A stretch of 34,590 bases of DNA from a virus (lineage: Duplodnaviria; Heunggongvirae; Uroviricota; Caudoviricetes): the IMG/VR virus record IMGVR_UViG_3300042894_004034, positions 64,001 through 98,590 of that record. One strand, given 5' to 3'. The notes beneath the pieces were generated by a model, which was not told the DNA's origin, did not search any database, and saw only the letters and a list, made by a program, of their open reading frames with translations. This document shows, in pieces, positions 25,730-32,251 of the stretch (within the stretch, counting starts at the first letter, position 1; every line of letters starts with the position of its first letter). Position numbers and translations under genes: made by a program.

Positions 25730-26314
25730 ATGGACGAAAATATCTTTAAAGATCACACAGACTACTGGAATGTTGCGGACAATATTCGCGACATTTACCT
25801 GAGTGAGGGCAGTTTGTTGACCCTGCTGGACTTTGAACGTGTGCTGGACGAAATGGATGTGTATGCATTTCGCAACTGGGATCGCGGTGAACTGGTGCAA
25901 GGTCCCGATATTGGCAAATACAAGGTGACCTGCATCTTTATGTGGCCCGAAAATCTCATGCCCGACCCACGTGGCGGACGCAGACTTTTGCCATTTGACT
26001 GTGATGTAAACTTCAAAAAAGTCAACATGAAGATTCCTATCAAGGTCACAGAACCCAGCGACTACCTGGGCGGCACACACATTGCTCGATTAATAACCAA
26101 AAAGGTCTGGCTGGTGGAGATTGTGATACCCAAAAACTTGATTTCTGACATACGCACCGGATCCATTGATCTAGAAGATGAAGAAATTGATCTGCAGGAT
26201 CTGGATGATGCTTATGCACAAGACCTGGACCAAGATCAATACAAAGATGATGAGAAAGCAAATGCAGCACAACAACAACTTCAGCAACCCACAGCAGTCC
26301 CCCCAGCAGCTTAA
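25730..26314 (+). CDS. Hypothetical protein with acidic tail (194 aa)
   Basis: Long ORF with core-like codon usage. Confidence 0.8.
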   Translation: MDENIFKDHTDYWNVADNIRDIYLSEGSLLTLLDFERVLDEMDVYAFRNWDRGELVQGPDIGKYKVTCIFMWPENLMPDPRGGRRLLPFDCDVNFKKVNMKIPIKVTEPSDYLGGTHIARLITKKVWLVEIVIPKNLISDIRTGSIDLEDEEIDLQDLDDAYAQDLDQDQYKDDEKANAAQQQLQQPTAVPPAA

Positions 26315-26837
26315 CGAAGGGTTAGGCTACAAAGACCTAGAGGGCATAATGAAGCCCACGATTCATATTGACGAATTCAGTAGCAAAATGGGCGAAGATT
26401 CTGATGTAATTGTGGTGAGCTTTTTTGTGCGTGATCGCCAAGCTGCCAAGGATCTAACCAGCTGGTTTGAAAAGGGCTATGATTTTGTGCTGGATGCAGA
26501 CACCAGCCCCGGTGAAATCAAACCCAATCGTTATCTAGTGTATCTTGAAATGCGCAGACGCAATGCTGCACCCAAACAAATTGAAGAAATCCTAGGCGAC
26601 CTAGGCACACTCACAGAGTATGAGCCCGAAGACTGGGTCATGGTGTACAAAAAGCAGCGCCATGAGTGGAGTCCAGAAACATTTGCCGAACTGGTGCCAC
26701 TAACTCCCAACGAGTATCGTGAACGCACAGAAGGTGACCTAAACGAAATGCGTGTGGCAGCAGGAATTACCACAAAAAACATCTATCAACGTGATGCGGG
26801 CATGCGGGCCATACAAGCCGCTGCTGGTATCCTTTAA
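26262..26837 (+). CDS. Hypothetical protein (about 191 aa; start uncertain)
   Basis: ATG 26262 preferred over 26178; LNEG near N-terminus. Confidence 0.7.
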   Translation: MQHNNNFSNPQQSPQQLNEGLGYKDLEGIMKPTIHIDEFSSKMGEDSDVIVVSFFVRDRQAAKDLTSWFEKGYDFVLDADTSPGEIKPNRYLVYLEMRRRNAAPKQIEEILGDLGTLTEYEPEDWVMVYKKQRHEWSPETFAELVPLTPNEYRERTEGDLNEMRVAAGITTKNIYQRDAGMRAIQAAAGIL

Positions 26838-26840
26838 ATA
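26835..26840 (+). promoter_or_regulatory. Putative late promoter (TAAATA), 6 nt before ATG
   Basis: TAAATA-GTATCA-ATG, no SD. Confidence 0.5.
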
Positions 26841-26846
26841 GTATCA

Positions 26847-27482
26847 ATGACTGTAACCGGGTTCGGATGCTCGTTTATACACGGAGCAGAACACGCAGAT
26901 TCTCACCCAAAGAAACACAGCCGTACAACGTGGCCTGCGGTGATAGCACAGAGATTAGGACACGACTATAATTGTTTAGCCCGCAGCGGTTGCGGGAACT
27001 TGTCCATACTCAACAATATACTCGACGAACTAGCAAAAGATCAAACTGATCTTTACATTGTCAATTGGACCTGGACCATGCGCTGGGATTATATTTTTGC
27101 AGGCAACGATCAATGGCACAGTTTGAATCCCAACCATGACCATCCACGGGCTCAATACTACTATCAAAATATTCACGCAGACTACGCAGATAAATTACAC
27201 AATCTAATCTGGATCAATACTGCTGTTCAGGCATTAACTGCTGCGGGCAAAAAATTTTGCATGACCTACATGGATGATCTGTTGTTTGAGGACCGATGGC
27301 ATGCTAGCCCAGGTATGCTGGTACTGCAACAACAGATACAACCACATTTACAGCAATTCGATAAATTAAATTTTGTGGATTGGAGCAAACAAAATAATTT
27401 TGCAATTGGGCCAGGCGGGCACCCATTAGAGGCAGCACACGAAAAGGCCGCCTTGTATCTGTTAGGTCACTGTTTGGTATAG
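26847..27482 (+). CDS. SGNH/GDSL-hydrolase-like protein
   Basis: GFGCSFIHG (block I-like), NCLARSGCGN (block II-like), C-terminal GGHPLEAAH. Confidence 0.6.
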   Translation: MTVTGFGCSFIHGAEHADSHPKKHSRTTWPAVIAQRLGHDYNCLARSGCGNLSILNNILDELAKDQTDLYIVNWTWTMRWDYIFAGNDQWHSLNPNHDHPRAQYYYQNIHADYADKLHNLIWINTAVQALTAAGKKFCMTYMDDLLFEDRWHASPGMLVLQQQIQPHLQQFDKLNFVDWSKQNNFAIGPGGHPLEAAHEKAALYLLGHCLV

Positions 27483-28201
27483 ACAAAGTACAGTCTATCA
27501 TTGGCATCCTTTTTGAAGGTGTCCAGATGCAGATTGTACTTTTCTGCAAATTCATTTACCACTTCAAACGTCCACGGAAAGATTTCCACATAAGGTCCTG
27601 TCTTGTGTGTTATACCCGGATTAGCTCGTAAAAAGAATTTACCCTGAGTCTTTAGCAGGCTCACACAATGCGCAAAACGTGATTCAATGTCCGCACGTGA
27701 ATTGAAGTTTATTGCACCCAGAGCAATGATCACGTCGTGGCTAGCAGGCTTGACCCGGTAGTCTAGAATATCCACTTCATAATCTGCGCAGTTATTGTAG
27801 GGATCTATCCCCACAAGATTCTGTATGCGCCCTTTGAAAGGATGATATCCGCAGCCCACATCCAGCACACTCACAGGATTCAAGCGGTTAACTTCATCTG
27901 CCAGTTCCCATCCTGTGTGTTCATAGTCGCCTGTGCGTGGCTTCCAGATTTCAGCAAAAAATCTGTGTGTGTAGCGTTCACTGAGATCATCACAAATCTC
28001 CTGTAGTGTTCCGCAGTATTCACAGGGCAGGCTCAGCTCAGCTTCCACAGCGTCTCGAAACTTGCGATAACGTGCGGGCGTCCAGGGCAAGGCGTCTATC
28101 ACAGTGTCAGCACCAATGCTGGCTCGGATCTGATCATGCTTGCCCAGAGGAAAAGCCAGGTTTAGATTTTTTACAAGAAGGGAGAAAATTTTGGTATTCA
28201 T
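27467..28201 (-). CDS. Class I SAM methyltransferase with N-terminal carrier-protein-like extension
   Basis: VLDVGCG motif I, HDVIIALGAINF; about 80-aa helical N-terminal domain. Confidence 0.8.
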   Translation of the reverse strand: MNTKIFSLLVKNLNLAFPLGKHDQIRASIGADTVIDALPWTPARYRKFRDAVEAELSLPCEYCGTLQEICDDLSERYTHRFFAEIWKPRTGDYEHTGWELADEVNRLNPVSVLDVGCGYHPFKGRIQNLVGIDPYNNCADYEVDILDYRVKPASHDVIIALGAINFNSRADIESRFAHCVSLLKTQGKFFLRANPGITHKTGPYVEIFPWTFEVVNEFAEKYNLHLDTFKKDANDRLYFVYTKQ

Positions 28202-28212
28202 AGAAATTTTTA

Positions 28213-28271
28213 TAAATAAAGTAGAATTTTACAACAGAATTAAATATTTTGTTGTGTTGATACTTTATTTA
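28213..28271. repeat. Imperfect inverted repeat holding opposed TAAATA motifs
   Basis: TAAATAAAGTA 28213-28223 / TACTTTATTTA 28261-28271; inner ACAACA 28231-28236 / TGTTGT 28250-28255. Confidence 0.7.
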
Positions 28272-28283
28272 AGGAGACTACAA

Positions 28284-29261
28284 GTGATCAAAAAATTATT
28301 ATTAGCCCTGCTACTGGCACCTGCAATAGCCATGGCCTGGGAGCCAACTAAGCCTGTTACTGTGATTGTGGGCAACACCCCAGGTGCAGGCAACGAAATT
28401 GCCTTTCGCAAACTAGCAGCAATTGTGCAGAAAACCAATCCCACAGTGGTATTTGTGGTGCAGAATATTCCCGGAGCAGACAGCGTGATTGCCAACAACA
28501 AGGTGCTGGAAGCTGTGCCCGACGGCTACACCATCAACCTGCCCAGCCACATGAGCAGCTATGTTACCAATGACATCTGGGAAAAATCCATAAAGAAATA
28601 CAAGTACGACAGCTTTGTGGATGTGCTGACCATGGGCAAATCACCACTGGTCTTGGTGGCCAGTGTGCGCAGTGACATCAACACACCTGAACAATTTGTG
28701 CGATTGATTCGTACCACCACAGCACCCATCAGCGTGGCTGTGGGCGGCGGTGCTCATAGAACTGCATTTGAATACTTGATGGACCGGGGCCGGGGCAATC
28801 GAGATCTAGTTCGGCCAATCAAGTTCAATGGGCCCACGCCTGCTGTGACCAGCGTGGCCAGCTACGACGGCACACAAGGTACTGAATTTGGTATCTTGCC
28901 TATTGCAGTGGCCAAGGCTCTGATTGACGCAGGCAAGGTAAAACCCATTGGATTCACAGGCACAAGACGCATGCCACAGTTTCCTGCTGTGCCGTTGTTG
29001 AATACTGTGGCACCTGGCATCAATGTGTATGCGGCCTGGAGTATTCAATTGCCTCCAGGAGCAGACTCTGCTGTGGTGAACTGGTATCAGCGTGAGTTCA
29101 GTGCTGCTGTGCGTTCTGCAGAGTACAAAGAATGGGCTGACGGTCAGGTGGTATTTTATGAAGAATCTGAGTTGACTCCTGCAGGATTGCGCAAACAAAT
29201 GGACGAATTACGTGCCGCCTTTATTCCGGTGCTGAGTCGAATTGATTTAAGTAAAGAATGA
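28284..29261 (+). CDS. Bug/TctC-family tripartite tricarboxylate transporter solute-binding protein with signal peptide
   Basis: AAGGAG SD, GTG 28284; signal ...APAIAMA-W; PVTVIVGNTPGAG, VVQNIPGA, PDGYT, FPAVPL, W.....P.G. Confidence 0.88.
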   Translation: MIKKLLLALLLAPAIAMAWEPTKPVTVIVGNTPGAGNEIAFRKLAAIVQKTNPTVVFVVQNIPGADSVIANNKVLEAVPDGYTINLPSHMSSYVTNDIWEKSIKKYKYDSFVDVLTMGKSPLVLVASVRSDINTPEQFVRLIRTTTAPISVAVGGGAHRTAFEYLMDRGRGNRDLVRPIKFNGPTPAVTSVASYDGTQGTEFGILPIAVAKALIDAGKVKPIGFTGTRRMPQFPAVPLLNTVAPGINVYAAWSIQLPPGADSAVVNWYQREFSAAVRSAEYKEWADGQVVFYEESELTPAGLRKQMDELRAAFIPVLSRIDLSKE

Positions 29262-29313
29262 AATATATCAGATCCCGGAACCAAAATGCAGCAGATATAA
29301 AGGTAACAGTAAT

Positions 29314-29838
29314 ATGACAAACCAGGACAGCACTGAGATAAAATTAAATGGTTTTGAATATTCAGGATCAAATCTAATTGATGAAGTAAACGCATTGTGT
29401 CCTTCTTTGGTAATTGATGTGGGGTGCGGGTCTAATTTTTTTAAAGGAAAAATAAAAAATTTAATTGGATTTGACAAACACCCCCATGATGACCTGGACT
29501 ATTGCTGCGATATAAATGACATGACCGTGGCAGATAATTCCGTAGATGCAGTGCTGGCACTGGGATCATTGCAATACCGGGACAGAGCTGCAACCTACAA
29601 AGAATTGGCCACAGTGGTAAAATGGGTTAAATCAGGCGGATACATTGTGATGCGAGTTCAACCACTAGTGTCTGAATCCGAATCGGTCAAGAGTGGGTGG
29701 CCCTACCGCTGGAGCAAACCCTGGATCGACGAAATGTCCGAAGAATTTGGATTGGACATTGTGAAAGGTCCAGTATCTGACAGAAACAAAAACATAACTG
29801 GTCTTGTCAGAACAGTGTGGTGGTGGAAAAAGCAGTAA
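29314..29838 (+). CDS. Class I SAM methyltransferase, paralogue of 27467..28201
   Basis: VIDVGCG, SVDAVLALGSLQY; AT-rich 5' half. Confidence 0.8.
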   Translation: MTNQDSTEIKLNGFEYSGSNLIDEVNALCPSLVIDVGCGSNFFKGKIKNLIGFDKHPHDDLDYCCDINDMTVADNSVDAVLALGSLQYRDRAATYKELATVVKWVKSGGYIVMRVQPLVSESESVKSGWPYRWSKPWIDEMSEEFGLDIVKGPVSDRNKNITGLVRTVWWWKKQ

Positions 29839-29859
29839 TCGAACAAAGGTAAAATCAAC

Positions 29860-30480
29860 ATGAAAACACTACTAATACTAACAGGCCCGCAAGGCGCAGG
29901 CAACCACTTATGGAGCAAGATATTTGCTCTACATCCGCAGGTACTGGGATGGCGTGCGCTTCTGGACACACACTGGATTGGTCACGATCAAGAGCCATTT
30001 GCACAGGCCTGGGCAGATCCTTCTAGACTGAATGAAATGAGCTGGCGACAAGCAGACTGGTTTGTGACATCAATGAGTGTGCCTTACATGAATAATGGCA
30101 CAGCCACAGTACCCGACTTCAAGGGCTTTGTGCGTGGTGTGCAGAACCTGGGTCACAGAGTGATTTTTGGCGTACTAGGTCGCGATCAAAACATTGTGCG
30201 TATGCAGCAGACTCGAGTGCGCGGTGCAGTGACCCTGGACCAGTCACTCAAAGAATTTGACAATCTAGCAGCACCTGTGTTCTTGAGCTATGAACTACTG
30301 CATCTTTATGGGCACAAGTATCTGGAATCCATTGGGCGACAATTAAATTTCCCCATTGCAACTACGGATCCCAGAATCACAGCCATACTAGCAGATGATA
30401 CCAATGCCAAATACTTTGGCGCTGTTGGTGCTCAACCAACAGATCAACTTGCACAACATGCTTCAAGGAAACACACATAA
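29860..30480 (+). CDS. P-loop protein, sulfotransferase-like
   Basis: LILTGPQGAGNHLWSKIFALHP resembles the 5'-PSB loop; RDQN and LSYE at positions of the RDP and xxYE motifs. Confidence 0.55.
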   Translation: MKTLLILTGPQGAGNHLWSKIFALHPQVLGWRALLDTHWIGHDQEPFAQAWADPSRLNEMSWRQADWFVTSMSVPYMNNGTATVPDFKGFVRGVQNLGHRVIFGVLGRDQNIVRMQQTRVRGAVTLDQSLKEFDNLAAPVFLSYELLHLYGHKYLESIGRQLNFPIATTDPRITAILADDTNAKYFGAVGAQPTDQLAQHASRKHT

Positions 30481-31334
30481 TGCCACAACGAATTCTCATA
30501 ATGGGCCTGCCCGGAGCAGGTAAAACATTCTTGGCCACAGCCTTGAAAAAGTTCCTGGAAACCAACAGCACTATTCGACACATGCCTGTCAGCAGAATGA
30601 TCAATCAGGAAATGGCTCCGTCTGCATATTCATGCACAGTGGACTGGTTCAATGCTGACGATGTTCGCAAAAGATTCAATGACTGGGACTTCAGCCGTGA
30701 AGGACGCATACGCCAGAGCATAAGAATGGCTGATTTTGCACTCAGCTGCACCAGTGACTATGTGATCTGTGATTTTGTGGCACCCTTGGTTGAGATGCGC
30801 AACAACTTCAAAGCAGACTGGACAATTTGGGTAGACACCATTGACGCTGGCCGATTTGAAGATACCAACCGGGCCTTTGTTGAACCTGAAGTATATGATT
30901 TCCGTGTGACAGAACAAGACGCAGACAAATGGGCTGAATTTATTGGAAACCATATTCTTGAAAATCGTCGCAGACCTGTGTTTGACTGGAAGCGGGAAAC
31001 TGTGCAGATGATGGGACGCTGGCAACCTTGGCATGCAGGGCATAGAGCCTTGTTTGAAAGACTCATAGCCCGCACAGGGCAAGTGGTTATTCAAGTGCGC
31101 GATGTACAGGGCTGGCAAGGATCAAATCCTTTTGCAATTGATCAGGTTCGAGCAGCCATCAAGCGAGATCTAGATCCGCTATACCAGGGACAGTATGAAA
31201 TACAAATTGTGCCCAACATTGTGCATATTGGCTGGGGTCGCGGTGTGGGCTACACACATGCAGAAGAAACCTTTGATGAATCCGTCACCAGCATATCAGG
31301 CACAGCCATTAGAAAAAGCATGGGTCTGACCTAA
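30480..31334 (+). CDS. Adenylyl-sulfate (APS) kinase-like domain fused to HxGH nucleotidyltransferase
   Basis: MGLPGAGKT, NADDVR, DFSREGR, DFVAP (CysC-like); C-terminal MGRWQPWHAGH, SISGTAIRK. Confidence 0.82.
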   Translation: MPQRILIMGLPGAGKTFLATALKKFLETNSTIRHMPVSRMINQEMAPSAYSCTVDWFNADDVRKRFNDWDFSREGRIRQSIRMADFALSCTSDYVICDFVAPLVEMRNNFKADWTIWVDTIDAGRFEDTNRAFVEPEVYDFRVTEQDADKWAEFIGNHILENRRRPVFDWKRETVQMMGRWQPWHAGHRALFERLIARTGQVVIQVRDVQGWQGSNPFAIDQVRAAIKRDLDPLYQGQYEIQIVPNIVHIGWGRGVGYTHAEETFDESVTSISGTAIRKSMGLT

Positions 31335-31358
31335 ACACACAACACGGTTCCGGACGGA

Positions 31359-31364
31359 TAAATA
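31359..31364 (+). promoter_or_regulatory. Putative late promoter (TAAATA), 6 nt before ATG
   Basis: TAAATA-TCATAT-ATG, no SD. Confidence 0.55.
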
Positions 31365-31370
31365 TCATAT

Positions 31371-31811
31371 ATGTTTATCTTGCAATATCTCCCGGACAGC
31401 GTAATCTTGTGGTTCTGCAATGGCCTGCTGATAGCGGGCATTGTGTTGACCGTTGTGGCCTTTTTCATCAAAACACTGCCCTTGGTCAATCAGTATCGAA
31501 TACCTGCACAAGTCCTGGGTATCGCACTGCTGGTTCTGGGTGTGTATTTCCGTGGTGGACTTGCTGTGGAACAGACCTGGCGTGAGCGAGTGGCCAAACT
31601 TGAAGCACAGATTGTGGTGGCCCAAGCTGCCTCCAAGGACGCCAATGTCAAAATAGAAACCAGAGTCATAAAGAAAACTGAATATATCACACGTCGTGGT
31701 CAAGACATTGTGCAGTTTGTGGATCGCGAAGTTGTCAAATACGACAACACCTGTGTGATACCTGCACCATTTGTTCAGGCACACAATCGTGCAGCGGAGC
31801 CAGTCAAATGA
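31371..31811 (+). CDS. Membrane-anchored coiled-coil protein, Rz/i-spanin-like
   Basis: Two N-terminal TM segments, predicted coiled coil, C-terminal Cys (TCVIP). Confidence 0.55.
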   Translation: MFILQYLPDSVILWFCNGLLIAGIVLTVVAFFIKTLPLVNQYRIPAQVLGIALLVLGVYFRGGLAVEQTWRERVAKLEAQIVVAQAASKDANVKIETRVIKKTEYITRRGQDIVQFVDREVVKYDNTCVIPAPFVQAHNRAAEPVK

Positions 31812-32251
31812 GAGCCACAGAATTTGTCACTGAAAAGTGGAGCCCAAAATACAAAAAGAGCATCAATTGTGCTCACCCAAAAGGCTTCTCACAAAAGGCC
31901 CATTGTGCAGGCAAACGCAAACACAACGAATCTGTTGATGACACTGTGATGGAAATGGTGTGCGAAGACTGTGGCATGTGTGAGGCACATGCTGACTCAG
32001 ACGTGAATGAAAATCTTCGAGACTGGTTCAAGGACAAATGGGTACGCTTTGGACCAGACGGCAAAATACGCGGTGACTGTGCTCGAGGTTCCAAATCAGA
32101 AGGCAAGCCCAAGTGTTTGCCACGAGCCAAGGCCAATGCACTGGGCAAGAAAGGTCGTGCATCAGCAGCGGCCAGAAAACGACGACAAGATCCTGACGCC
32201 AATCGTTCAGGAGCAGCAATAAATGTCAGCACAAAAGGAAAGAAAAAATGA
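31808..32251 (+). CDS. Basic Cys-containing modular protein, putative internal head protein
   Basis: MRATEFVTE tag; two cationic Cys-pair modules separated by an acidic CEDCGMC linker. Confidence 0.7.
   Translation: MRATEFVTEKWSPKYKKSINCAHPKGFSQKAHCAGKRKHNESVDDTVMEMVCEDCGMCEAHADSDVNENLRDWFKDKWVRFGPDGKIRGDCARGSKSEGKPKCLPRAKANALGKKGRASAAARKRRQDPDANRSGAAINVSTKGKKK

Noticed and set aside
29258-29317. 19-codon ORF MKYIRSRNQ... coupled to tctC
   Set aside because: Too short and motif-free; could be a remnant of a displaced gene but cannot be supported
31453-31656. Embedded Rz1/o-spanin in the Rz-like gene
   Set aside because: Alternative-frame ORF has no signal peptide or lipobox; the spanin call therefore stays tentative
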